NCBI GenBank assembly: GCA_020891255.1
Contig: BQFW01000012.1
Location: 124,001 to 188,000 of the forward strand
Direction: 5' to 3'
Source of the DNA: Entomortierella parvispora E1425
Taxonomy: Eukaryota > Fungi > Mortierellomycota
Length of the DNA: 64,000 nucleotides
The position numbers were made by a program, and so were the translations under genes. Below the pieces are notes generated by a model that was not told the DNA's origin, did no database searches, and saw only the letters and a list, made by a program, of their open reading frames with translations. Within the stretch, counting starts at the first letter, position 1. Each line of letters starts with the position of its first letter. This document shows, piece after piece, positions 11,901-24,446 of this stretch.

Positions 11901-14900
11901 GTATTTCGGGAAATCCCAGCAGACGAAATCAAACCGGAATCCGTTCGCCACCGATTCTTCCAGTCGACTGACGGCCGTTGAGGGCAGGTTGGCCACCTCT
12001 GTGTTGCAATCGACCAAGTACGACTGCAAGGACTTGATGGTGGTCTCGCTCGTGGAGGCAATCAAAATGCGAGGGGTCCCCAGGGTGCGGGTGATGCGCT
12101 TGATCTCCTTGGTAGAATCGCCCACTTCGGTCTCTGAAAAACTGCCTACGGTGGCCTCGGGCAAGTTGCTCTTCTCGCACTGAATCACGAACCAGAATTT
12201 GGAGCCCTTGTCCCTGTCAGAGTTCAAACCGATACGACCCTTCATCAACCGGACGAGCTGCAAGCAAATGGACAGACCCAATCCAGATCCGCCATACGAT
12301 CGAGTCGCACTGCCGTCGACCTGCGAAAAGGGCGAGAACAACATGGCCTGCTCCTCTGGACTGATACCAATGCCCGTGTCCGTAACTGAAATCATCAACT
12401 TGATGGACGACTCGCTCAAGGGCTCTGGTGACGAGAACCGACCCGAGTTGGGGGGTCGAATCTCGGATTGACATTGTCCGCCTCCGTTCTTCTCGTGTCG
12501 GAAATAAAACTTGTCATCATCGTCATCAAACATGCCCGCTGACGGTGTCGAGATCAAATCCGTGTCCCGATCCAGCACTTTGCACTCGACCAACACATGG
12601 CCCGAATGCGTGAATTTGATGGCGTTGCCCACCAGGTTCAACAGGATCTGTTTGAGTCGGTTGCAGTCTCCAATCAAAATATCGGGCACATCACTGTTTT
12701 TGCAAAACGCGACCTCTAATGACTTTTTGAATGCCAGAGGTTTGACAATCTCTTCCACTTCCTCAAACACCTCTTCCAGGTCGAACGGGGATGCCTCCAG
12801 AGTGACCTTGTCGGCTTCCAGTTTTGAAAAGTCCAAGAGGTCGTCAATGATCATGAGCAGTTTTTCGCAACTGTCCTTGGCCGTCTCTACACACTCTTTT
12901 TGTTCTTCGTCCAAAGAAGAGTATCCCAGCAGAGTCAACATTCCATGGAATCCAGAGAATGGTCTATAATGATAACAAAAAAAAAGAATAAGCTTCCTTT
13001 CTGAAAACATAGCCAGACAACTTGAAGCAGATCCAACCATATGCGTACGTTCTTAGCTCGTGACTCATGTTGGCCAAAAAGTTGGATTTTTTGTGGAGCT
13101 CGGCCTTTTGCGCGAGGTAAAGATCATCTAGAGAAAGACAAAAGAAACGGCAATGAGTATAAGCAAGCTCATTCCATGGAGAGGAGCTGATGGGAAGGTC
13201 CGATAAAGGGCATAGTTCCTAGCTTACCGATATCGATCGTGACACCGATCCATTTGAGAATCGCTCCACTGTGGTTCAATACAGGGATGGCGCGAGAGAG
13301 ATGCCAGCGATAAACGCCATCATAGCGCATCAGCCTAAACTCGCAATCCTTGTAGACGCCCGTCTTGTAACTTTGCGAAACCTCCTTTTGGAATGAAGCC
13401 ACATCGTCCGGATGCATGGCGCTGATCCAGCGGTCACTCGTCCGTGTGTCTCCAGGCAGCCCTGTGAAATCAAACCAAGACCGTGACAAATATTGTCGAC
13501 TCGCCACATCATCTCGCTCTGCTGCCCAAACAAAACAAGGCAGTGCCTCCATCCATGAAAAGACCTCGTGCTCGTTCTAAATTGCCAAAAAATTAAAAAA
13601 GAATTTTGCAGGGTCAGTGTTTTTGTAATAATTCCCCCACTCTTCAAAATTGATTCCGGGATTCACGACGAGGTGGTGTTGAGCATTCGTACCTTTTGGA
13701 TCCTGGCAATAGTATCTTCAAGGAAACGATTCCGTTGCGTCGCCAAAGACAATTGCTTCTCCAATCCTGCAATCTTTTCACATTGCAACAGTGAGCTGGC
13801 CAGTTTTTGACAAAACAGAATCAACATGTCCTGATCCCGCTTGGAGAAATAAAACCGTGGGTGGAGGTGGTGAAGATACAAAGCACCCACCAAGGTCGAT
13901 GTGGATGAAGGCGCAGATGAGGATCCAGAAGTGCAAGTGCGCTTTCCAGAGGTCAGTGATGAAGTAGGTGCAGCCAAGATGATGGGCACACAGGCAATCG
14001 TGGGCAATTGAGAACGACTGCCCACGGCTGTTGAAAAGATGTGCTCTTTTGTGTCGAGGGCTTTGCGGACAAGGACTGGCATATGATCCCGTCTCTCTGA
14101 CAAATCGGTCCATGAAAGAGCCGACTGTGTTGTTCCCGGTTGGTACTTGTCCTCGATAATAGCCCAGGTGCCTCCATTGGGCAGGTGATCATCCTTTTGC
14201 CACAGAATAATGGCCATCTCCTCTGGTGGATGAACGACCAAAACATTGTCCAGGGCCTGAGAGATGGCCGGCAACATTTCTTGTAGATTGGTGATATGAC
14301 TGAGCGACAAGACCGACTCCAAGACAAACGCGCGATCTTCCGGTGACAGCCCCTCGTGCGGATGTGAAATCGAGGCCGATCTCCTGGATCCCGCGTCCGG
14401 GTCCTGACTCGAGGTTGATTGAATGGAAACTGTTGAATTAGTGGGGGACGTTGGGCGGGGCATACTGGATACTGAGGTATAGGAAGAAGAAAGAGCCGGC
14501 AGTGACAAGGGCGGTTTCGCTGCGGACGAAATAGGCATTCCATTTTCCGAAGATGTCCTGGTGTGGGCCTGGCCGGTGCGTTTAAAGAGAGGATATCCAG
14601 TCAGTAAGCAAATCATCCACGTTGCCCCATCTTCCTCATGGTGACAGGGAACAAAAGTCTAGGAGTCTGTGCTCTGTCGACTTTTTTTTTTTTCTTTCTT
14701 ACATGGAGCTCAATGTCCCGTTTGAGTGCATCCTGCTCCTGGTCTCGGATCAGCGTTAATTCTTTTCTGACCTGGATCATGCTCAGAAACCGATCTTTTG
14801 AGCTCTATGAAATCGTAAAATAGAAACAGGGTGCGGGCTGTGAGTATTGTGACAATAGAGTTGGCAGTTTCCTTGTCCAACAATGAACAGCCACTCTACC

Positions 14901-16974
14901 TTGGCCACCATGCGCTGGATAATGCTAGCAAGACGTGCTGGTGTTGTGGGCAGATGGGCCCCCCGCACCGCCGTTGAACCGTTTCCCGTGGCCATCGAGT
15001 TGAGTTTTTCATTCATGGAAGGAGGCGCCGCTGCAAGGTCCTCGGGCTGGAGCGTAGTATGGCTGGTGAGAAGGTAATAAAACATGACACCTATCGTGGA
15101 TCATGGATGCAAAATGAAATGGGTGGTCCCCATCCATTAGCCACTGGAAATGAAGATGAGAGCACGGTCTCTATTCCGTGGAGCGCTGGGCTTGGATGTC
15201 TGTTTTTTCATTTCATTTCTCAAGGGCCAAGTATCATTGGACTGGCGTGTCTGCAAGGCGGACCGTGAGGGCACAAGGTAAATGTGCGCCCGTTCCCTTT
15301 TTCGTTCTTACCGAGAGCATAGATGTCAATCTGCACAGGGAGGACGCATCCTGGTGGCGAGTGCAGCTCCTACGGTAGAAAAAAAAGAGTTGTCAGCATT
15401 GGGCCTTTTCAGAGAAGACATGCACAGAGCACAATTTTCGTAGGGATAGACAGCACATGCTTTGGTGTTTGCAACAACGTCTGTTGTCGTTCCCGTTGTT
15501 GTTGTCCCCCTCGATTTTTTTCCCTCTTCTACCCCCCCAACGGTCCTGCTCTCATGGATGCTGTAATGTGTGGCCACTGTTCCTCTCTCTCTCTTTTTTT
15601 TTTTTTTTGCGTAATTGTGTTCATTCTTCCTTGCGTTATCCTTTGGCACGGTCCGCCACAACCCCCGACGGTCAATTTGCGCGGGCGCGAGTATGTGCCC
15701 TGCCCAGCTTTCTTTCCAGGCGTGGTGTGGATAGGAAAACAGGGTGCGCCATGTTTTTCTTTGTGGCACGCCGGTCAGTCCGTCCTGTTGGAGCATTCTC
15801 CTTTGTCCACTCGAATGATCGAGTCGTCATTGTGATGATGTCCTTGTTGTCCAAGTGGAGTTTAGGGGGGAGGAAGGGGAAGGAAGGAAAGGAGAGGGAG
15901 GTGGTGAAAAAGACATGGACTCACCTGTGGTACATGAAGAAGGAAATGTTTCTTCAACACCAAAGGTTGAGAGGACCCCTGTCCTCCTGGTGAGGACGAG
16001 ACTGTAGAGGCAAGTGTCGGTGCAGATGCGGACGATGAAGAGGAAGAAGGGGGCGTGGACAAGGGACTCTGTGCGCCAGCAGGCGAGGACGAAGAAGAAG
16101 AAGAAGAAGAGGGAAGGAGGGATCGTTTGATGCGGGCGACACGCGCAGCGATCGCGTCGTGAATGACTGTGCTTCCATGACTCGTGGTGGTACTATAAGG
16201 CTGCAAATTAGCGTCGGACGGGGAAAAGAGCGTCGGGTCAGCAAGGGAACCGGCGGTGCAGTAGGGAGTCGAGTAGTTGGCATTAGTATGCGTATGCGTG
16301 TCCAGAGTGAAAGCATTGGGCGAGGATGGTGCGAGTGGATGGATTGAAGGAGCGGCTGTTGTGCTGTTATTGCCGTTGTTGTTGGCTGTAGAGGAAGGGG
16401 AAGAGGAAGAGGAGGCGACAGCATTGGCGGTGGCAGTGATATGCGAGGAGGACAAGGCCGACGACGCCGTTGCAGCCGAGGAGGTGCATGATGTTTGGGT
16501 ATGATGGGCGTGGTGGTCGCGAAGTCCTTTCCTGGCGGGGCTGTCTGTAGGCTCGGCGGTCTTGTCGCCAAGGCCGAGATGTGTACAGTCGAGAACAAGG
16601 GAGTAGCGCCTCTGTTTGCGTTTGGACGCGTTTGTGGTCTTTGCGAGGGCACCCCGGTCTAGGGTCAGCTGGCTGGGGCTGGTGTGGTTGTCTCTACGAC
16701 TGGGATGGGTCTGAAAATGCTTTGGTCTGTCGTCGGTCCTTGATATGCTTGGGGAGGAGGCAAGGGTATCTGAAGTAGAGGAAGTAGAAGAGGAGGTCGA
16801 GGTGGGAGGGGTGACCGTCTTCAAGGAAGACGAGTCTTCCCATTGGAACGAGGTTGGACAGAGTTGACCATGGATGAGTCCGTTCTGATGCAGTGTCTCG
16901 AGCAAGACCGAGGCCTCGATAGAAAAGTCGAGGAACTTTGCCATGTCAAAGTTGTGTGTCTGCTGTTGCTGCAT
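8926..16974 (-). CDS. Hybrid histidine kinase (degenerate S/T-kinase remnant - GAF - PAS/PAC - HisKA - HATPase - pseudo-REC - REC - low-complexity tail), about 8 exons, roughly 2,200 aa
   Basis: H-box KKSNFLANMSHELRT|PFSG (split by an intron near 13.0 kb), N-box NLVGNAIKFT, G1 DTGIG, G2 GGSGLGL. REC: ILLAEDN...FFDHHMP...VSA...TKPL. PAS: WISAMHPDD...EFRLMRYDGVYRWHLSRAIP. GAF: IACVPII...LVGALYL...FSKRDQDML. GT-AG junctions join the ORFs in frame. Confidence 0.92.
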
Positions 16975-17168
16975 GATGACGACAAGGAGGGAGGAGGGAC
17001 GAGGGAAGAGGGAAGGGAGGGAAGAGGAAAGGAGGAGAGGGGGGGGCAGTGAAAGGGAGGAGGAGGGGTGATGTTGCAGCAAAGAGTGCAGGGCAACTAC
17101 TCTACTGATGGGAGTGGATGGATGAGGGGAATGAAGAAGAAGAAGAAGAAGAAGGAGGAGGGAAGAGA

Positions 17169-17172
<4 letters not shown>

Positions 17173-17218
<46 letters not shown>
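17173..17218. repeat. (GA)n microsatellite
   Basis: Long dinucleotide run seen directly in the sequence. Confidence 0.95.
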
Positions 17219-17223
<5 letters not shown>

Positions 17224-17676
17224 AGAGAAGGGAAGGAACGGAAGGGAGGAGAGAAGAGAGAAGAGAGAAAAAAGGGACGACAGGGACGACAGAGGGACGA
17301 CAGGGAAGGGACGAAAGGGAAAAAGAGTTTTGATGGGGATAGAGGACAGAGAGTAGAGAGAGAGATACAGTATATATGAGAGCGGTGGTATGGTGCGAGA
17401 GAGTGAAGACAGAGTGAAGAGAGGGAGTCAAGGAAGAGAGCAAAGAAAAGAAAGAGTGAAGAAAGAAAGAGTGAAGAAAGAAAGACACGCGAGGAATGGA
17501 TGAATGAATGAAGATGAATAAAGAATGAAGAATGAATGAAGATGAATGAATGAAAGAGAAGAAAAGTGAACCGCGACATGCGACATGCCATGTGCCAATG
17601 TCGCGTCTTTTTGTTCACTCTTGTCGGTCTCTCTTTCTGTCACTCTCTTTCTCGCAGGGACAGGGACAGAGGGACG

Positions 17677-17680
<4 letters not shown>

Positions 17681-17737
<57 letters not shown>
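17681..17737. repeat. (TG)n microsatellite
   Basis: About 28 TG units, within a 1.9-kb intergenic region that also has (CCTT)n, (CT)n and poly-T runs. Confidence 0.95.
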
Positions 17738-17740
<3 letters not shown>

Positions 17741-19120
17741 AACGTGTGTGTGTGAAGATCTCTTTCTGTTTCCTTTTCCCTCTTTTTTTTTTTTTTTTTT
17801 TTTTTCTCCTTTCCTTCCTTCCTTCCTTCCTTCCTTCTACCTTCTGTTTCTGTAGTGGGTCTCTCTCTTTCTCTCTCTTTCTCTCTCTCTCTCTGGAGGA
17901 ACACGGTATCACCATGAGTTCATCCCCTCCTTCTTCCTTCCTTCCTTCCTTCCTTCCTTCCTTCCTTCACCGCTCCTTTTTCTGTCTTCTTGTTGGGGTA
18001 CCCCCCAACCTCCCTTCCCTTCCTTCCACCCTTCAACCTCTTTGGACTGGCCTCCGTTCCCTTTTGACTCGCTCCTATCCTCTCTCTTTGTCTTCTCTCC
18101 TTTTCCTCCCTCTGGCCGTTCTCCTTCCTTCTCCTTGGCTCTTGATGTTTGTTTGTTGTTTTCTAGTCTCTTTTTTTTTTTTTTTTTTCTTTTTTTCTCG
18201 TTTCTAATCTTTTCCCGGTATATTTTTATCCACCACACCTTGTCCCTTCTTCCTTTTCAATCTTCAGATCCCGTCTATCTATCCGTTCGTTCTATCCGCG
18301 TCGTCGCGGCTCGTCTCGTCTGTTGCGTGCTTGTTTCCCTTGAATCATTTCCCTCCTTTTTTTGTATATCCTCTCCCTGTGTGCAACCCCTCTCTCTTTC
18401 TCTCTCTTCTCCTTCTCTTGCTCTCCTCATCATCCTTTTTTATTTCGTTTTTACTTCCGATGACTTGACCGGGTGCTCTCAATATTATTATTTCTCTCTC
18501 CTCTTTCACTCTCCTCCCATACACACACACACCCCCGATCTGCGCACAAAAATCTCGGTTGCAGGAGATTCTCCTTGGGAAGATCTCTCACAGACCCATT
18601 CCGTTCCTTTTTTTTTTTTTTTTTTTTGGGCCTGTGCCCACCCCGCCCTTTTCTGGCCATTTATTTTGTTCCTACCTTCCTTCCTTTCCCCTTGGTTTTT
18701 GGCTATTGTCATCCTAGTTGTCAGCGCAGAGCAAACATCTCTATTCTTTTCTCGAGGGATAAGGGATGACCTTCCTCTCCCGTTTGGCCGATCACTGCGC
18801 CCATTGTCAATTGTCAATTGTCAATTGGGTCAAAAAAAAAAAAAAAAAACACTATTTTTCTCGGATCCGTTGATTTTTTTTTCATGGACTACAGTAGCGT
18901 GTTTTGGGGGAGCGCGCCTTTAATTACAATGGTACTTTTCAAGGGCGATCCCTTATGATTCAGTCCCATGATCGGACTTTTTTTCTCTCTGTCTGTCTGT
19001 CTGCCGGTTTGTCTGTCTGTGTCAAAGGGTATTTTCTTCATTCCTTCATGGCTCGTTCCTAATCTCTTTTTTTGTTCCTCTTGCTCTCGTCCCATCGTTG
19101 TCTCTCCCTCTGACTGAACT

Positions 19121-22100
19121 TTATATCGCCTTGGCCTTGTTGGTAGCATCGTGTACAGTCTCCCGGGCTTGCTGTTCAGGTGGAGAATGCAGCTCATGAG
19201 CTGGGTACCTCTGTCCCGGCACTAACTGCGGAGGATCCCCCTCGTCCAATTTTTCAGGCTTGATCAATATCCGAGATGGAGGCTGAGGAGGTGATGGCAA
19301 CAAACTCTCTGGTAATGAACTGGGCCATGAGGATGTTTGTTGTTGTTGTGTTGGCGGCAGTGGTGGTGGTTGTTCCACGACCTCACTCCTTTGACCATCC
19401 GTAGATCGATGTACGTCATGCTGTGCTACCCACTGTCGAACTTGGTCCTCCAACCCCTTTTCCTTGAGGACCCGTTGTAAGGCCCTAAAGTGAAGATAGT
19501 CTTCTCGGTCCGCCGCACTTGTCAAGTGACTCAACACGGAATCTTGAACATTTTGCTGTTCCACCAAGGACGACACAGCTGTACCATCGCACGCCTATTT
19601 GTTGTTATTGTTGTTGATGTTGTTGATGTGGTTGATGTTGTTGTTATTGTCGATGACGATGACAGGATCGTGCGAATTTCAGAATATGAAGAGAGAGAAA
19701 AAAAAGAGAAAGAGACAAAATAACCTGCAGTTAGAATCAGGTCCAGTCCATGCAAAACAATTAAACAAACGATTGAGGCCCACTCCAAGGCCTTCCTCCA
19801 AAGAGTGTCGTCTGTGTTCACTTACAATTGCTGCTGCCGCAAGAATGTCCAGCATGCTGGCGTTGGATCCAAAGGTCCCTTCTTCTTCCTCTGTTTCCAT
19901 TGCTGTCAATTTCGATTCTGCCACGTGTTCCAGGCGTTGTTGTTGTTGTTGTTGTTGTTGTTGTTCTTGTTGTCGCAGTAGTTGTTCCTGTGACCGAACA
20001 CTGCATGGGCCAAGATGGTAAACAAAAACGGAAAAGAAAAAAAAGTCAACAAACTGTACAGCTTCCTTGGACAAGACTCTCTCGACGACATTATTTCCTT
20101 GGTCCTTTCTTACCTCTCGCACTTTTGGAAAAAGTTGAGCTTGATACTCCTTTCTGGGATCCTGTACACAACGCCACTCGCGTCCATCATCTCGACTGCC
20201 TTGATGGTCGATTTCTTGTCCCCTTCCAAAGACGGTGGCGGTGATGGTTCTTCAATAATCTCAATATCGCCATTGTTGGCCGCATACGGATCCGTCACTT
20301 TGATGGCCACCGCATCCCGTCTTTTCCTCCGACGTGGCTATTCATTTTTTTTTTTTTTTTTTTTTTGAGTGTGGGTCAAGAAAAAAAAATGGAAATTAGC
20401 TAATATTATGGAAAATTGCCAACCGTTCCACACAATTTCATAGAGAGCAGAAATGCAATAAGAGAAAAAAAAGGTGGCGCCGAAGGGGTTCGAAAGTATC
20501 GACCACAATGACGTCAAAGATACCCCTTCCTCCCATTCCCCCCCAGCACGAAATCTATGTTCTCCGCAAACACGGACAGTCCCCGAAAGAGACTTACCAA
20601 CAGATGATCGACATGGTTAGGACACATCCACTTGCGCGTACTGGGCGGAGGCGCCGCCATTGGAGGATCCAAGCAGTCCAGGTGCCAGTGCAGCGGGCAA
20701 TGATCACAGCTAGCCATCATTCGATTTTGAACCGCGCTCTTGTGGCAGTGAAAACATAGCCGAATCTCGCCCTTTTTGTCCCGAATTTTCAATGCTTCTA
20801 ATGTAGACGCAGACATGCCAAGCGCTTCGGCCTCTGAAGCGGCTGCACTCCCTGAAGGGGCTGCAGGTGGCTCGGGTTTGAAGTCCATGCTGTCCACATA
20901 TTCACCATCGCTATTGGTCTCCACTGCTCGATCATATTATCATATTCGCAAAAAAAAAAAAAAAAAAAAAAAAAGAGATAAAAGGTTAGAGAGTGCCACA
21001 AAGATCAAATAAGCGAAGGGGTCAATGTAGAAGAGATCGATACAACAATTCAGAGCCATGAACGCAAAAAAAAGAATCCAAAAAAAAGAGAAACAAGATC
21101 AAGGGGCCAGAACGTAGAGCGGGGATAAGGTTCAAAGGGTCGTGGAGGACACAGAGTAAAGGTCGGGGCATCATGGTATCCTTGGACCTTTGCCTGCCTG
21201 CCTCTCTCGCAACGTCCCTTGCAGCTCTGTCAATTGAGAAGGCCCCTTGTGATGGCCGGATAGAACCATAGGAACGTAGGCAGAGAAGCATTCCAAAGAA
21301 AGAAAAAACAAAAAAAAAAGGGCTCCACTGCTTGCTTGCTTGCTTACCATTCTTGTAAAACTTCCTCATATCCGCTGGCAGTGCAAACGACCGTGGGTTC
21401 ATACAGTTGAGATTGTCCAGAAGCTGCTTAAAGATTCCATTCGGACTGGGCACTGGCGGATGCTACATTGGCATCGTCACGTCATACCATATCAAGGTCC
21501 AGAGTAAAAGTCAGAACGATGGTTGTTAGTCGACAGTTTCTCTTCTTTTTTGTTTCAACTAGACTTTGGAGTGCCGTGCCAGATCAAGAACGACAATAGA
21601 GGAAGCCCCCTAAAGGAAGCACTCTCGGAGCTATTCAAAAAGATCTCCAACACTTGCTCCCCCTGCCGCCGTCAGAGAATAAGGGTACCAAGAGGTCCAA
21701 GAACCCTCCTTTTGTACAAATCTACTTACCAGGCGCGCCTCGCACTCGTTGCAGTGCCATTCGTCCGGAAGGTTGTCTGGATCCAGCGGAGGATGGCAAC
21801 ACGAAAAGTGAAAGGCTCTGGGGCAGGTGTCGCAGCAGATAAACTGCCCCAGTCCTAGACAAGTCTCGCAATAGTCGTTATTATTCTATGAAGGTTTTAA
21901 AGCCAATATCGCAGACCGAAAGAAATGACGGGCAGAAAAGGGACAGAAACGGTACGAGTGAGTATCCATGAAAACCTCCGTGTTGATGGGCCCTATCCGT
22001 GTCCTTTTTTTTCCTTGATTATCATATATCATCCTGGGTATCTTCATTTTAGCAAAAAAGATACAGCCATCTATTTTGCTCCGTGCAGTCAGAACTTTGC

Positions 22101-23338
22101 CCATGCTCATTTTGGCACATCACGGGAGAATAGAGTCGGATTTTGATGTCGTGTGTTGTGTGTTGTGTATATGTGTGTTGGGTTGTTGGGTTGCACTGTC
22201 AAAAGTCTCCCGAGTCCGTTTTTTTCTTCCCAGTTTTCCAGTTTGTCGGCACTGTTCCCTGTCCTCCCTCAGAACCTTCCTGTTACCTTGAGCGCATCCT
22301 CGTCCCCTGTCACAGACACAAGTCCTTTGATAATCGGAGGTCTTCTTTCGCTGGACGAGTGAACGAGAGCCACAAATAAAATGGAATTCGAGAACAGAGT
22401 TAGTGCAAAGGGCAAGACTGCAGATTTTTTTTTCCATGGGACTTGGTTTCCCGACTGCGTCATCACAACCCCAATCTTCACCCCCTTGCAAGCAAAACAA
22501 AAAAAAACAATAAAGACCATCCTTGAAAAAAAAAAAAAAAAACTCACTCTTGAAGTCCTGGTGAAGAACTTTTTCCTTTCGAAAAGTCTTTGGCCCCTCT
22601 GTGGTCCGTCATCTTTGTCTTTTTGACAGTTGGGGAAGCGTTGGGGTCCCTTGACCGCTTGTTGTTGTTGCTGCTGAGAACGTTGCCGCCATGGCTGCTG
22701 CCGCTGCTGCTTCCACTGATATTGCCGTCAAGAGCCTTGCCCAGACCTGCAGAGGCTGAACGTCGTTTATGGTGTCGCCGTTTCGCCGATCGTGCTGCAT
22801 TTGGGATGGCCTTTCCTTTGTAGTCATCGTCGTCATCCTTGCTCATGCGTCGCTGAACCACTGGTCCCAGCCCTTCCAGAGACCTTTTGGCTCGTAATTT
22901 CGGAGCCTGATATGATTTCGTGGCCGTCGTCACCGTCGTCGTCGTCGTCGGTGGGACCACTTCTGGGGGTGGATGAGAAGATTCCTTGGATGACTCTGGA
23001 AAATGGCCCGATACTGAAGCCTGCATCGAGTCCTGAGGGTCTGGACCGTGCACAGGCTGTACATTCACGGAAGGTGTCGATAAAGGCTGCGGAGCAAATG
23101 TGTTCTGGTTTGCCTCCGAAGGTGACGGTGTCATCATCAGAGGAGCACTTGGCTTCTTGGCGGCCCCCCAGGAAGCAGCGCTCAGCGTTGGTTGATGAGA
23201 TGGTGAACCCAAACGAACGGTCGGCTTTTTGGAACTGGTCCCTCCTGCAGTCGCGGGCTGTTGTCCATGCGAGGTTTGTTCCTGCGGTGGCTGTGGCTGA
23301 CGATGACTACCATTCGCAGAAGATGGAGTGGCAGTCAT
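19121..23338 (-). CDS. RCO1: Double PHD-finger protein, Rpd3S/Clr6 histone deacetylase subunit (Rco1/Cph1-like), multi-exon
   Basis: PHD1 NNDYCETCLGLGQFICCDTCPRAFHFSCCHPP..WHCNEC (~21.7-21.9 kb), linker NPRSFALPADMRKFY, PHD2 CFHCHKS...SCDHCPLHWHLDCLDPP...WMCPNH. A small internal exon at ~22.29-22.35 kb restores the frame. Confidence 0.8.
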
Positions 23339-24357
23339 CGAAGATGTTCCTGATAGCGACAACAGTTTGGTGAGCTTGACGTATCTGTAAAAAAAAAAAA
23401 AGCACGCGGAGCCACGGGTTCCTGAGGTGGGAATGAAGCCGAAATATGTTCCCAGCGTCCGAAAGGTAGATTGACGGTGAATGTTCCTGGGAGAGCCTTT
23501 TTGCGTCCTGTGGTCCTGAGAATCCTGGCTTGAATGGTGTGGGGAGGTGGTTCCGTGAAAAAACAAGGTCGTCCGAAATTTGGGGTTTAGGAAAGAAAAG
23601 AAGAAAAAAAAAAAAGAAAAAAAAAAAAAAGAGAAGGAAAGAAGGAAAAAAAGAGGCGAAAGGGGAGCGGATAGGAAAATGAAATAATTTTTTTTTTTTT
23701 TTTTTTTTTTTTGCGATCCAAAACTTTTTGTAGACTGTTTGTGCGCAAGATTGGAACATGGAGGAAATAAGGGGGCGCGCGAGCAAGGAGGAAGGACAGA
23801 GGACAGGATACTGTATTGGGCGTGCATCCTTCCTTGCCTGGACTCTTGGCTCTCTGTCGCCCTTTTTGCTCTTGGGTGATGCCCGTTGGTTCTCTGTTGC
23901 GGTCATCTGTTTCTTCTTGGTGGCACTTTACTTCAATGCTTGGTCGCATGGTGCAGGCGGGAGGGGGCGGAGGGAATGTCGTGCGGTGTGCTCTTATCTT
24001 TGATACAATCAAGCACAATCCAATCAAGGTATCTCTGGAGGACGTAGATGTAGATCGCATCCTCTGAAGCCTTGGTGGCTGCACCCCATGGTCCGGAGCC
24101 ACAAGGCGAGACATTGGGACGACAAGGACGACCACCGAGTGGCCGTGCATCATCCAGCTGTGCCAGATTGAAAACACAGTCACGCCTCCTCCACCTGGGT
24201 GTGAAAGGCCTTTCTTCCCTCTTTTTCTTTCTTTCTTTCCCTTCTCTTCACTGCTCTCTCCCTCTCTTTGTGTGCTGCACCTCAACTCAGCCCTCATTCA
24301 ACTCATCCGGGAAAAAGGAAAAAGAAATCAACCTCGTTCTCACGAGTCATCGCCATA

Positions 24358-24409
24358 ATGTCGTCCAATGTCGAAATCTATCGGGCCAAAGTGGCAGGTA
24401 AGACCCAGG

Positions 24410-24446
<37 letters not shown>

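Noticed and set aside
7810-12969. Long plus-strand ORFs (7810..8514, 8270..8752, 8777..9301, 9740..10258, 11257..11733, 12511..12969)
   Set aside because: Antisense shadows of the Gag-like and histidine kinase genes.
17097-18923. ORFs of 100-290 aa rich in F/L/S or R/E/K
   Set aside because: Translations of (CT)n, (GA)n, (TG)n and (CCTT)n repeats.
22792-24297. ORFs 22792..23373 (+), 23307..23906 (-), 23587..24297 (-)
   Set aside because: Antisense or alternate-frame overlaps of the Rco1-like gene and its T/A-rich 5' region.
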